Positions 45,351 to 59,741 of a stretch of 64,000 nucleotides of DNA are shown here, piece by piece. The position numbers and the translations under genes are program-made. The notes under the pieces were generated by a model. It made no database searches, had not been told where the DNA came from, and was given only the letters and a program-made list of their open reading frames with translations. Numbering within the stretch: position 1 is the first letter of the stretch; each line of letters begins with the position of its first letter. Source of the DNA: Octopus vulgaris (taxonomy: Eukaryota); contig OX597840.1 of assembly GCA_951406725.2 (NCBI GenBank), positions 38,998,001 to 39,062,000 of the forward strand, given 5' to 3'.

Positions 45351-46196
45351 GAATATGTATACATATACGAAGGTATGTATATGTATATATACAGACATAT
45401 ATATATAAATTTATATATATATCAATATATACATATATCGATATATATATATATATATACGCATATATATATATATATTTATATCAATATACCTATGTAT
45501 ACATATATATGTTTGTGAGTGTAACCCTGTTTCGTATATAATATAGTACAATCTTAATATATAAAATGCTAAGTCACGTGTCAAGATAATTGTTGGAGCA
45601 TTTCCTTTTTTCTGCCATTCCAGAGAGAAAAAAAATCCGTAGCCATACTGAGAGATATTGGAAAGAGAAATAAACAGTAATATAAAGATTGGTAGATTAG
45701 CTAAATTGATCAAAGAGAAACGGGAAAGGGGGATTCGGTGGCAGCTGGCGAGACTGTTGCTCATGCTCACGCACATACACATGCACACATATATACAGAT
45801 ATACACGCATGCAGACACACGCATACATACATACATGCATACACAGCATACACACATAGGAGAGAATGTGACGGCAAGAGAAGTTTACTGGAAAGAACGA
45901 GGGTAAATGTGCAGAAATTAGAGTGGCAACGTGATAAAATAAACTGAGTGAGTGAGTGATAAATGAATGTTGAAGTATAGTGATGAAGTGAAAGAAGACG
46001 TTGAGAAAATTATGTGTTTGTGGGAATGCAGAGTTTAACGTGGAGAAAAATTAAAGATATATATACACATAGTCATAATTATATACACGCTTCTGCACTA
46101 ACACCCAGAAACACTCACATATGCATGCATGTGTGTACATATATATCTGTGTGTATGTGTGTGTCTGTGTATGTGCGTGTATATATATTCAAGTGA

Positions 46197-46512
46197 GGGC
46201 GCGTGGCTTAGTGGTTAGGGCATTCGGCTCATGATCGTAAGGTTGTGAGTTCGATTCCCGGCGACGCGTTGTGTCCTTGAGCAAGACACTTTATTTCACG
46301 TTGCTCCAGTCCACTCAGCTGGCAAAAATGAGTTGTACTTGTATTTCAAAGGGTCAGCCTTGCAACTCTCTGTGTCACGCTGATTATCCCCGAGAACTAC
46401 GTTAAGGGTACACGTGTCTCTGGAATGCTCAGCCATTTGCACGTTAATTTCACGAGCAAGCTGTTCCGTTGATCGTATCAGCTGGGACCCTCGTCGTCGT
46501 AACCGGCGGAAT
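46197..46512 (+). mobile_element. tRNA-derived SINE family D (V-SINE-like central domain)
   Basis: A-box TGGCTTAGTGG, B-box GAGTTCGATTC, central TGTGTCCTTGAGCAAGACACTT...TTGCTCCAGTCCACTCAGCTG. Confidence 0.82.
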
Positions 46513-46514
46513 CT

Positions 46515-46725
46515 TTTAATATATATTCACCATGATAGATCGCTAGCCACTAAACTTTTTCTATTTTCTCCCTCTTTTTATGTCTGTATTCCTTTTTGTA
46601 GAAGAGCGTAGGCTCGAAATATAAAACGCTTTCTCACTTCCCGAGCGTTAAACTAATATATATGTTTTGTTGTTTACACACCCGTCTACGTTTCTTGTAA
46701 CTTTTTGTAAATTCTCACTATATAT
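46515..46725 (+). mobile_element. Penelope-like terminal-repeat fragment with decayed hammerhead
   Basis: TTGTAGAAGAGCGTAGGCTCGAAAT followed by CCCGAGCGTTAAACTAA. A related copy at ~48190-48345 has CCCGAGCGTCAAACTAA but lacks the ribozyme part. Confidence 0.55.
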
Positions 46726-46939
46726 AGATACACATACATACATTTGTATATATATATTATCCTTTCTTGCACACGATCATTTTCTCCCTATGGTTGTCTG
46801 ACTGAGGAAATTTTTAAGGTTAACATCCAGTGGCATTTATATCAATATTGTGGATGACTTTATACATCCATAAACAGTAAAATGCTTTAATCGGCAATTG
46901 AGCCGTTGTCCTGCCAAGGTTTAATAACCTGCTAATATA

Positions 46940-47049
<110 letters not shown>

Positions 47050-47123
47050 TGATCAAATAGAACTAATGTTGAGTCTAAGACATAGACAAATATATAGAAT
47101 ATTGATAGAAATAACTCATAAAT

Positions 47124-47153
47124 CGCGTCACTTTTGACGGGTACTAGGTTAGT
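47124..47153 (+). mobile_element. Possible Helitron 3'-end remnant
   Basis: Hairpin CGTCACTTTTGACG followed by ...GTTAGT. Confidence 0.3.
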
Positions 47154-47824
47154 ACTATCTCATACTTCTAAAAGTTAATATTTTCTACATTTCAAACACC
47201 TAAATGTGTCTAGTATATTCAGCATGAATAAGGTATGTGTATCCATTATAAATATACATTAAAGTAATGTGACTTGTTGTAAATTCTTGAACAAAACTAG
47301 AGACATATAATAAATGTGCTTCCTCTATTTCTGTATTTCATCAAAATTGTCTTTAAATATGGATATTTGTCCGGAAATATCGACAAGACAGATTCTTCTT
47401 CTATAGATTTAAAGACGGACGAGATTATTTGGTTTTGACGCTGATATTGCAGATTCTTAATATCCATATTAAAATAGTTGCGAATTCAGGATTAAATACA
47501 TATGTGTATGTACATGTGTGTGCTTCTGTGTAAATATGTGCGTGTTAATGTTTTGTGTGTGTACGTTTTTGTTCGCACACATATAGATCTAAGTGCTTGT
47601 TTGTGTGTGTGTGTGCGTGTGTGTGTGACTATTATGTGTGCCTGCTTCAGTACTTGCGAACTAGAGCTTTCGATGTGTAAGCATACCATACGTGAATATT
47701 TCTATGGTCATAAACATACATACACGCACATGCACGCACACACACACACACGCGCGCGCATATATATATATATATATGCACATATATTTGTGTGTGCGAG
47801 TGTGCGTCCGTGTATATATATGCG

Positions 47825-47869
<45 letters not shown>

Positions 47870-47876
47870 TGTATGT

Positions 47877-47919
<43 letters not shown>

Positions 47920-47954
47920 CATATATATATGCATATATATATATATACATATAC

Positions 47955-48046
<92 letters not shown>

Positions 48047-48059
48047 GTATATATATATA

Positions 48060-48091
<32 letters not shown>

Positions 48092-48093
48092 GC

Positions 48094-48158
<65 letters not shown>

Positions 48159-48443
48159 TATATATGTATATATATATATATATTTGTATATTCACCATGC
48201 TGGAGCGCTGAAATGTACACATTTTATTTCCATTTTATCTCTGTTTTTATTTTTCACTTCTCATTTTGCCCGAGCGTCAAACTAAAACACCTGTTTGTGG
48301 GTCCCACACCTGTCTTCATTTTTTATTTTGCTATAAATTTCAACGATATATATTTTTATATATGTGTGCGTGTGTGTGTGTGTATAGGGATAGATAGATA
48401 GGTAGGTAGATAAATAAATAAAAAGATATATAGATAGATAGAT

Positions 48444-48488
<45 letters not shown>

Positions 48489-48536
48489 TGTAGATAGATA
48501 GATAGAAAGATAGATAGATCGATAGATAGATAGATC

Positions 48537-48622
<86 letters not shown>

Positions 48623-48624
48623 AT

Positions 48625-49735
48625 GTGTCCCACATAATGTTGGCAGTCATTGTATTATAAAATTCATAAAGTTCACCGTTCGTGTTTATTAAAACATATT
48701 TCTTTTTCTAGAATAGCTTAAATGTCGTCTACGAACAGAATATAACCCATTTTGTATAGGACGCCTCCTTTCGTGATATTATACAATGGCTTTTACAAAT
48801 ATCCCGAGATATATCTTTCTGTATGTACATGTATTCTCGTCCAATATCTTTCCTTAACTTTCAACGTCCAGTGGTGTGAATTCCGTTAAACGTGGCAGTA
48901 TTATACTAAGCCTCTGAACCGAATCCACCATTAAAATATCACACAGTAAGCCCTTCCATGAATGCGTTTCTATGGAAATGCTTCCATCTTGCTAGATATG
49001 AAGTTCCATAACCATATCTCGAATGCTTGGCATAACAGATTATTCCGCTATTAAATGTTGTCAGTTACAATATCGTCAAAATGGCATGGTGCAGTAAACC
49101 CTTTTCATATTAAGCTGTACCCTACTTTAAATACTGCCGCATTAACATTTCTTTCTGTAGTAAGCAGATTCGAAGAACTCCAGGAGGTAAAAATAATTTA
49201 AATTAGGCCTCAGCAATTCAAACAATCGTTACGTGACCGTGTTCATCTTCTCTTAATTTTTGCTAACACCAATTGCAAAACACTCTCTCCTCGAAACCCG
49301 ATCATCTTCATTGAGAACATGTTTTCTTGAAATACATTTCCAATGTTAGCGCTTCAAAATTGACGGATATTTGAATTTCTAATTACTGTCTCTCGATTTG
49401 TTTGCCGCACAGGCTGTCGTGGAATACTTTGCGAAGCCCTTTGATGCCTCTCATGTTCTGAATCATTTCTTGGGAGCGGTGTGAACGTTCCAATCTATTT
49501 CTCCAAACTTTTCTCTCATTCGAATGATAAATCACGTACAAGGATATGCTTGCGACTCCTCACTAAAGTGGCGTTGGAATTCGGGCGCATTTTCAAACTT
49601 CCAGGAACAATTTAGGACAAATTTCTTTCATCCAGTGATTAGTTCGACTCCCGTCATATCTATTCTATGAAAACTAAAAAGAGACGAAAAATCTTGCTGC
49701 TACCATCAGTTAAAAATATGTATTCATATCTTTGA
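48625..49735 (-). mobile_element. Highly degenerate Tc1/mariner-superfamily transposon (DUF4817-like N-terminus)
   Basis: Minus strand gives KFVLNCSWKFENAPEFQRHF near 49570-49625 and a QDG remnant of the QQDGA motif near 48985. Many stops; ends uncertain. Confidence 0.55.
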
Positions 49736-49994
49736 TACCCTTTGTATACATAAATAGATCATACATACATACATACATACATACATACATACATACATAC
49801 ACACATACATACATACATACATACATACATACATACATACATACATACATACATACATACATACATGCATATATATATGCACACACATGCAAAGACACAG
49901 AAACACAGAAACACACACACACACATATGCATGAAGGATATACACATTTACTTAAAATGTATATAGAGAGTTAGAAAAACAGATAGCTTGATAG

Positions 49995-50050
<56 letters not shown>

Positions 50051-50073
50051 GTATGTATATATATATATATTTA

Positions 50074-50113
<40 letters not shown>

Positions 50114-51482
50114 GAGAGGGAGAGGGAGAAAGAAAGAAAGGAAGAAAGAAAGAAAGAAAGATACGCATATATATTAACGGTCTTAAAATATCAATCCTTA
50201 AATAATCTATTTTTCTCCTCTCCTTTTTCTCTGCTCTTTCCGTATATCACTGTGACACGGATGTCTTGCCCCTTATTGTTATTCGCAAACTTGATTACAT
50301 ATCTACTGGAATGTGTCTTATCGATTTACTACCATTTCTGTGTGTGAAGATGTATGTATATTTTCATGTATGTATATATATATATATATATATATATGCA
50401 CGTATTTATGTATGTATGTAGAATATATCTAAGGCCCATCTTTTCACTTTCCGTTATATGAATGATATTAGCATTTTTATTACGGTATCGTTCTCTCCTT
50501 TATCTTTTCGCTGCCGATGTTTCAGCCCGAGGTATTTCCAAGCTATAATGCTTCAGGCACCATACGTAACCTTATAAATGTATTTTTTTTATATTCCTTC
50601 GCATTATTACTCTTTCAGCTTCTTTTTTTATCGCTAGATAACTTTAAATGCTAACAGGTCACACATCAACAAGAATACATATTCAACAGCTTTCTAGCCC
50701 ATAATTTCCTTGTATATTTCAGCGCTAAAATATTTGCATTCCCAATTTAATCGTCTTATTTAAATATAAAGTACCTATTAAACAATCACTAAAGTTTGGC
50801 GATGCTTTTTAAGGATCGAATCAATGTATGCCTTTATTATACAACAAAATGGATGACGTTTACATTATTTGATATTATAAGATGCATTATATTAAAAATA
50901 GCGAAAACTAAAATGAATGTCATTTTTATTTAAGGTTTAACGTAAACTGTCAAGAAATACGTATGAATGATAGAAGCCAAAATTGAGGCGTTATTGTATA
51001 CTTTAAAATTTACCATCCCTTAATGTGCTCCTTAAGTTTTAAAGATCATTATATTGATGGGATTTTTATTAATAGCATTTCTGCCTTTCTCCCATAATTC
51101 CGTTTAGGGTACCGCAGTGATTCTATATGGTGGATTTTTTTTAGAGCCACTTAAGAATGCGATGAAATTTTGAAATCAATCTTTAGTTAATTTCTGAAAT
51201 TGTTCCATCAAGAATGATCATAATTTTTGGACAGCAGATCTGGTGGAAATGCCAAGTCGATTACTGTTACCCAAGTGCAAAGCTGGTATATATATCTCAT
51301 CGACCGCGAAAGGATACATGACAAAGTCGACTTCGGCATATAAACTGTCCACTTTTAGTGGTCAGTCCTCTAAATTTTGTATGTAAAAAATATTTATCTT
51401 CGGATTTTTTTTAAATATGCTAAGCCACTGGTTTTAATTGATTAATATCAATTTCTACCCTTTTTAAATTTTATATATATAC

Positions 51483-51555
<73 letters not shown>

Positions 51556-51651
51556 TTCAGCAAAAATTTAGATTCAAATGAATATGGTACTTAATTTAGA
51601 TGCACCAGAATTCTGTATGGTGTTATCCATGAAAATCCGTGGGGTGATTAT

Positions 51652-51772
51652 AATCAAAATAAGCAACAAGAATGACTCCGGTAATTTGGTACGATCGTTT
51701 CGTACATAAGATGATGTAGTACAAAACGATCGTACCAAATTACCGGAGTCATTCTTGTTGCTTATTTTGATT
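51652..51772. repeat. Fold-back hairpin (54-bp arms, 13-nt loop) containing the 3' half of a hammerhead
   Basis: Arms 51652-51705 and 51719-51772 differ by one mismatch. Minus strand reads GTAC-loop-GTAC-GAAAC-GATC-GTA. Confidence 0.9.
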
Positions 51773-51895
51773 TTATATATATATATATATGTATATGTAT
51801 GTATGTATGTATATATATATATGTGTATATGTATGTATGTATGTATATATATATATATAAATACATACGATATATATATATATACGATATATGTA

Positions 51896-52788
51896 CGAGG
51901 TTAATCCCAAAAGTAAGATCTCCAAAACGCTGGGGACCCAAGGAAACTGTGCGTGCGGCCACTGGCAGAACTGTTGTGTTTGTTGCGCATGCGTCTGCGC
52001 CTGCACCTGTGCGCTCCTTACTGCCACATTCAATCTTGGTTTCGCAGTCGTATCTGATGGACCTCCCGACTAACGCTAACACCAGATGTGAAGTTCGCGC
52101 AGTTATTCGGTTTTTTAACGCAAAATGCATTAAACCGATTGAAATTCATCACCAATTAACGGAGATGTATGGTGAATCTTGCATGGGTGTCAAAAACATC
52201 CCCGCGAGGTGTAGAGAGTTTGCAGTTTGTCGTACTAAAGCCGGCGATCATTAATTTCTGACGAAACAGTCGCGAACGTTGAGCAAATCATGCGCGAAAA
52301 TTGACGGATCACTCTGGATGATCTCCGCATGTTGGTTCCTGAGGTTTCACGAAGCACCATTCATAGGGTTTTGAGTGAAAAGTTGCAATATCGGTAGGTG
52401 TGCGCAAGTTGGATTCCACGAATGCTCACAGAAGAGCATTAATGGCAACTTGGACTTGTCAACAAGTGACTACCACCTCTTCCCTAAGTTAGGCCGGAAC
52501 GCTCTTTAAACGCCGACGAGGTGAAAGGTGAGGTTCAACGTTTTCTCAATGTCATGGTGGTGGGGTGGAATGACATGTGCATACAAAAACTACCCCATCG
52601 CCTACAAAAACTACCCCATCGCCTACAAAAACTACCCCATCGCCTACAAAAACGCATCGACCGAAAAGGCGATTATCTAGAAATATAGATAAATATTCAA
52701 ACTTTAAAATGATATAAACATCATTGACAATAAACGTTTCGGTGATATCTAAATATTGCTGGAGGCCTTACTTTTGAGATTACCTTCG
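51896..52788 (+). mobile_element. Internally deleted mariner transposon (pseudogenised transposase)
   Basis: TIRs CGAGGTTAATCCCAAAAGTAAGATCTCC / GGAGGCCTTACTTTTGAGATTACCTTCG with TA at both ends. Peptides EVRAVIRFFNAK...IEIHHQLTEMYGE, VCASWIPRMLTE, DYHLFPKL and KGDYLE. Confidence 0.9.
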
Positions 52789-53314
52789 TATTTATCTTAT
52801 TAGAAATTATATTCAACATATTTACATATATTTTCATATAAATATAAATTACTTTATAAAACACCAAGAAAGAATTCTAAATGTTTAATCTTTATTTATT
52901 TTATTAAACATTTATCAAAATTTTTCATACACAGAAATATTTTCACCCTTAATTTATTGTTCCACTAAAGAGATTATATCAAAACTTAAGAATTCACTTG
53001 AAAATATGAAGATTTAGTCCGTTTTATCATACATATAATTAATGAATTATAAATTAGATTGTTTACACAGATTTGTATCTATTATTCTGCGAAGATTGTC
53101 AAAACAATTTTATATGAAATTTTTAGTTATTTTTTCTGTTCATCGTATGTTTATGTGTGTGTTGTGTAGACGCCCCCAGACGATGAAGTAGACTAGCCCA
53201 ATAGGTAGATATAGAGGGAGAAGTGTTAGACTTCACCAGAGCAGTAGCAGGGTAGAGTAGCAGTCGGAGATAGAGAGTCGAGTTGAGTAGAAGGCATCCG
53301 AAAGTGCGCCATAA

Positions 53315-53351
<37 letters not shown>

Positions 53352-53461
53352 TATACAGTGTTGGACTGGGTCTAATAATATTTGTTGCCAGTAGACTAAG
53401 AGTGCCCACCCGCAACAACAAGTGGGTTCATCTTCAACTACAGTGCTATACTATTTTTACT

Positions 53462-53659
53462 ATTTCACTTGTTTCAGTCATTTGACTGCGGCCATGCTGG
53501 AGCATCGACCCCGGGACTTATTCTTTGTAAGCCCAGTACTTATTCTATCGGTCTCTTTTGCCGAACCGCTAAGTGACGGGGACGTAAACACACCAGCATC
53601 GGTTGTCAAGCAATGCTAGGGGGACAAACACAGACACACAAACACACAAACACACACAT

Positions 53660-53718
<59 letters not shown>

Positions 53719-53882
53719 CATATAAACGACAGGATTCTATCAGTTTCCGTCTACCAAATCCACTCACAAGGCATTGGTCGGCCCGGGGCTATAGCAGAAG
53801 ACACTTGCCCAAGATACCAACGCAGTGGGACTGAACCCGCAACCATGTGGTTGGTTAGCAAGCTACTTATTACACAGCCACT
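53462..53882 (-). mobile_element. SINE family B
   Basis: Near-identical to 63026-63434, with a short deletion. Confidence 0.9.
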
Positions 53883-54121
53883 ATAATTTAATTTCTTTTT
53901 TTTTTAAGTATTCTTTCCAACTGTCTACAAACACAGCCAAGCTGAAATAATTCATGAATTTTTCAAGGAATGAATAAAAAAAAATCGAAAATTTGAGAGA
54001 ATGGGCCCCTTAGATAATAACATGGCCCCGCATATATGGACTCTAATGGCGCGGGTCCGCACTTGACATCGGGCAAGCTGGCAACCCGGCCAGTCCGCCA
54101 CTATGTATATATATATATATA

Positions 54122-54494
54122 CTAGCAGTATCGCCCGGCGTTGCTCGGGTTTGTAAGGGAAATAACTACAAAGCATTTTTAGAGAGTTATAGCCAAAAAA
54201 TAGCAAAAATTGCATTAAAAATGGAAAAAAAATTATGGTAATTTTTTTTTTAAATCGTTGACTCATCGTAGACATTTTTAGAGAGTTACTTCCCTTAGCG
54301 AAAAAAATGCATTAAAATGGAAAAAATAATGGTAAATTATTTTTTAAATCGTAGACTCATCGTAGACGCGCGTTAATACCTAGAAGAGCTCGATATGAAT
54401 CATGACTATAAGATACCCGGTTTTGGTTAAACTGCACCGCAAAATGTGGGAGTAGTTAGGAATCTAAATCGTAGGAGACAGACACACAACCTTA

Positions 54495-54500
<6 letters not shown>
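54122..54500 (-). mobile_element. Non-autonomous Helitron with ~95-bp internal tandem duplication
   Basis: Minus-strand 3' end CCCGAGCAACGCCGGG...CTAG|T. Duplicated block 54173-54272 / 54273-54367. Inserted in (TA)n. Confidence 0.75.
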
Positions 54501-54566
<66 letters not shown>

Positions 54567-55343
54567 TGTGTGTGTGTATGTGTGTGTGTGCGTGTATGTG
54601 TGTATGTATACACTATTTTTATCCGAGGGGAGGCAATGCGAGCAACAACTAAAGAAACATTACAAAATCCACAGAAAAACCAAACAATTACATATATTCA
54701 TATATTCATTTATATCTATAAAGCCCGAGGTTTAAACACTTTTAAATGTGTATGTATATATATGCATGTTTGGATGTATGTGTCTTTCTTTGAATGTGTT
54801 AATGTATGTGTGTTATAGATATTCTTTTCAGAATTTCTTTCTTTCTACCAAATTCTAAATCTACAAGAAAATATCCATTAAAACCTAGTTGTAAAGAATA
54901 ATTATCAATTTATTAACTCCTTCTGTATATATTTATATCTCTATGGCTATCCTCATATATACACGTGTCACGTTATCACTTGATTGACCAGCCAATCAGA
55001 TGCAGTTTTACATCGCTGGTTACCAAATGCACATTGTATTATTGCTTGACCTTCCGAACAACACCACCCCGCTGGGTTGGCGAGCAGGCAAGACACACAC
55101 ACTCACACACACACACTATAGGTACACATATATGTGTACCTATATGCACACATGTGTATATATTACATACATATACATACTGCTACTGATTTTTCTGTAG
55201 CATTTACTTGAAGACATACGTGGAAAGGCAGAGGAGGCTAAGCGACTTTCATTCATACTTTGAATCTGGCGGTACTTACATTAGCGGCCGTTACATTGAA
55301 GGCATCATTCTAATGTTTTAGTACCTTCGGATTATTACAGAAA

Positions 55344-55433
55344 ATTCATACTGAAGAGGAATGTGGTTAGTAAAGTTTATATTTTTGGATATTCTTTATT
55401 TAAAACCTGATTCCGAAACGCGCGTCTATGGAT
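55344..55433 (+). ncRNA. Type I hammerhead ribozyme, intact catalytic core
   Basis: CTGAAGA (55351-55357); stem II GGAAT/ATTCC plus GGTT/AACC; GAAA (55415-55418); stem III AC-GCGC-GT; cleavage triplet GTC ending at 55426; 7-bp stem I ATTCATA/TATGGAT with one G-U pair. Confidence 0.9.
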
Positions 55434-55625
55434 AATCGGATATTGATTTATTTTCGTTACGTTACCCTCTGCCTGGATGAATAAGGTTCAAGTATTATGG
55501 TTTCTCCAGTAGATCTTTTTTAAGTAGAAGATATGGCTTAGATTTTGGCTGCTATTTCTCAACTTCGGTATGTGGTGATGCATTCGTTTGCTGATCCCTT
55601 AATATTAGTATATATATTTATATAT

Positions 55626-55813
55626 ATTGTTATCGCCATATTAATATGGCATTCTTATAGATATAAGAATAATCGCTGCCGCTGGTCAGCTCCATGAGGC
55701 CACCGCCATCAAGATAGCTATTGATATACGATCTGTATCCATCAAGGAGCTGACCAGCGGCAGCGATTATTCTTATATCTATAAGAATGCCATATTAATA
55801 TGGCGATAACAAT
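55626..55813. repeat. Fold-back hairpin (~70-bp near-perfect arms) with nested palindromes
   Basis: 55626-55697 matches 55742-55813. Contains GCCATATTAATATGGC and TTCTTATAGATATAAGAA. Confidence 0.9.
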
Positions 55814-55867
55814 TAATTTCCAGTAAACGCTGCCGTAATCTCTTTTATAGAGACTTAGTAATTTTAA

Positions 55868-55948
<81 letters not shown>

Positions 55949-56416
55949 GTATATATACATATATTATATATAGATGCAGAGATGAATATGTGTGTGTGTG
56001 TTTAATTTATAATGAATCATTGATACGTTACCCGATCATCAAAAGCTGTTTTTCGTGGTTATTCCCACCCGTTCGAACTTTTCTCATTTCTAAATATACC
56101 TCCCTTCCAATCCAAGTTTCCATGTATGTTTATAAACATGTTCTTGCATTTCAGAAACCTTAAATTTAGCTTTGTAAAAGACGTGAATTGTCACGGATGG
56201 CACACTCCATGGCACTCAGCGTCAATCCATATTTTGAGAGGTACCCTTCTCGATTACCTGTGACGGCTATTGGTCACTTTCATGTTCAGTGATGCGATGC
56301 GAGATTTTACCGAATCTGTTTTCACTCCAAATCGATTTCGAGAGCTTCTTATAAATTTATACACATGCGTGTATGTGTGTGTGACTTTTTATAGATACAA
56401 ACATAAAGACCTGGTG

Positions 56417-56496
<80 letters not shown>

Positions 56497-56629
56497 ATAT
56501 ATATGTATATATATGTATGTATATATATATATATGTATATATATACGTGCATATTGATCATAAATGTCCGGCGAACGGAACCGTGCAACTGAGTAGCGGT
56601 TTTGTGATAATTTTGCAGCTTTAACAAAA

Positions 56630-56679
<50 letters not shown>

Positions 56680-57437
56680 GTGTGTATGTGTGTGTGTATG
56701 TGTGTATATTCATATGTGTATATAGGGAAAGAGAAATGCATATTATATACTACTGCATAGAACTTGAAAGACGTATACACTTACAAGCACGTATATATAT
56801 ATGTATGTGTGTGTGTTTGTGTATGTATGTATGCATATATGTATAAATATAGCGAGAGTGAGATAGAGATAGAGATAGATATATATACACATGTCTTCAC
56901 GTGCGTAAGTTTGCATATCAGAGAATAGTGGCTGCATCTTTCTCCATCTCAATTACTTCTCAACTACACAAGGTGTTTGTGTGGCACAATCTCGTACACA
57001 TGAAGCAAAAATAAGTGTGAATGCGGTGGCATTGTACACAAATCTTATTGAAATATTGGATTTGAATTCACTTGGCTTCAGATCCATTCAATCGTGTGGC
57101 GCCTTCGAAATTGTTTTGAGGTGTTTTCTAATATGCCTATTTGAACCATACAAGATACGTGTCGCAATTTCTTCTATAATTAGAAATAAATATACGCAGG
57201 ACAATCAAATACGATATTCAATGAAGCTTTAGAAATAAAATTATTGTCGAAGAAAATATGGAGTGTGTGTATGTGTATTCGGATATATATACATACGCAT
57301 ACATGTGTATGTATGCATATGTATAAATATATCTATCCATTCACACACACACACACACACACATAGACACACATACACACGCACAGAGATATACATATGT
57401 ATAAATGGATATAATTGTATATATATGCATACATACA

Positions 57438-57510
<73 letters not shown>

Positions 57511-57733
57511 CAGATGTATATATGCATACATTTATATATATGAATATATATATATATACACAAATACATACATAGAGATTTATATTTATACACATGAGTA
57601 TATATACATATATATTCATATAAATACATATAAACATCTATATATATATATATACATATATACACATAGATACCTATCAGGAAATGTGTAAACAAACTTT
57701 TTGTACATATACTCACATTCACACACACTCACG

Positions 57734-57782
<49 letters not shown>

Positions 57783-58319
57783 GTGTGTGTCTGTCCGTAT
57801 ATGTGTATAGGAACACATATACATGAATACAGAGGTTCTTATGCTTGTGCTGCAGGCCCTCCTTTCAAAATAATATAATTTCAATATAGATTCATATTAA
57901 TAATAACGTGTCAAACCTATTGTCATTACAAGTACGGAATATTACAAAATATATTAAATAGCAAATTTTAAATTGTAGCACCAACAAACACATTAATGCT
58001 AGTAAAGGAATTATTTGTTAGACAAATATGAAAGAACGTTTGATGAAATTAAACGTAAACTCTAAAATATAAACCAGTTTATAATACAATGGTTAGTAGT
58101 TATTTTTATAGCTTTGTATTCCGTATTTTTCTTGTAAATTCTTGCTTATGAAGCAGTTAATTATGAGGAAATCATGAGAAGTTATAATGGATGGTTCTCA
58201 ATAGATATGTGGGTTTTGAGTTCAAATTGAAATATATATTTGTGAATTCATGGAGATGGGATCTAATCTGAGAAGAGCCGCGAAACGTACGAGTGTTTAC
58301 AATAAAATTTATACCGCTA

Positions 58320-58371
<52 letters not shown>

Positions 58372-58582
58372 TATACACATGTTTATGTATGTATATTGAT
58401 ATATACGTAGATAGGTTGATAGATAGATAGATAGAGAGAGAGATAGCTAGATAGCTAGATAGATAGATACAGAGAGAGATAGCTAGATAGATAGATACAT
58501 AGATGGATAGATGGATGGGTGGATGGATGGATGGATGGATAGATAGATAGATAGATAGATAGATATATAGATAGACAGATAT

Positions 58583-59616
58583 GTTTCTTTATTAGCCACA
58601 CAGGGCTGCACACAGATAGAACAAATTACAAGGTAGAGCTTTTCTTTTGAAGGTTTAAAAAAAAAAAAAAGGAAGGGGGAGTTTCGATCAAAAGGGATCG
58701 TAAAAGGAGAGAAAGAGGACAAAAAAAGGGTGAGAGGAGAAAAAAAAATTGATCAATAGGGATCGTTATCACAGAAATGTCAATATGAAGTGTAAAGGGG
58801 AGGACAGGTGAGGTTTACCCGTGCAAAGAAAAGCCTACGGAAAAGACCACGGTAACCTCGGTCAATGGAGTCACATGTTATATTTCTTTTTTTTTTTTTT
58901 TTTGCGAATAAGCAACTCTCTGTTTTCAATTTCTGGGTTCATAGGATCATGCTCAAGGTGGCTTCGTCATTCATACGTGCCATTCTTGCTACATTCACCC
59001 ATCTTTTTTTAAAACATTCGCTAGACAAAACTTGCCTCTCTACTCTCACTTTCCTTTTCAAGTGGTACTTGAAGAAGTTGATGAGAGATTGACCAGAGAG
59101 GAAAGTGTTTGTCTCCAATCCTTTCAGACGCGTCCACCAGATACATTCTTTCGCCATAGCCACAAGGATGATGAAAATAGCTCTTCCTTCCCGTTTGAAG
59201 GAAGGAGGCGTGAGAATATTGACGATAGACTCAGCTGATAAACCGACTCGTCCCACACGTGACAGCAGTTGTTCGACATAAGCCCACAGGTCGGAAATTG
59301 TTGGACACTGCACGAGTGCGTGCAGAACGGTTTCGTCGCTCTGACCGCATCTCGGGCAGGTCGGCCCCGTGTTTCTCGAGCCGTGTCTGTAGAGCTTATC
59401 CCGAACGGGTAGCGCTTCTCGGTAGCACTGCCAGGCCAGGGATCTCTGGAAGTTGTCCTTGGGCCCTGGCCCGAAAGTCGTCCTGAACAGGCGGGTCAGG
59501 TACTCCTCGTCGACGTCCAGTAAACCCCTATATAATGCTTTGGTTGTGTTGAAGTCACTCAAGGTCGACCCAGGACGGCAGAGTTGCTTGAGGGCAACGC
59601 GACACTCGCGATGCCA
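58583..59616 (-). mobile_element. 5'-truncated L1/Tx1-like non-LTR retrotransposon, copy 1 (ORF2 C-terminus with zf-RVT-type zinc finger plus 3' UTR)
   Basis: Encodes ...AWQCYREALPVRDKL...CPRCGQSDETVLHALVQCP...W (CCHC). The 3' end is GGCTAATAAAGAAAC. Flanked by (GATA)n. Confidence 0.88.
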
Positions 59617-59654
59617 GATAGATAGATAGATAGGTAGGTAGGTAGGTAGGTAGG

Positions 59655-59741
<87 letters not shown>

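Noticed and set aside
46197-46268. tRNA-like sequence (also 36928-37000 and 39187-39245)
   Set aside because: A/B boxes are present but the cloverleaf is imperfect and runs straight into SINE body sequence, so these are SINE heads rather than tRNA genes.
54000-54102. GGGCCCC...CCGGCCAGTCCGCCACT, resembling a MITE terminal repeat
   Set aside because: No matching opposite end found, so it cannot be supported as an element.
58246-58295. GAAACGTA with upstream CTGAGAAGA, a possible hammerhead
   Set aside because: No proper CUGANGA with a paired stem II; too degenerate to call.
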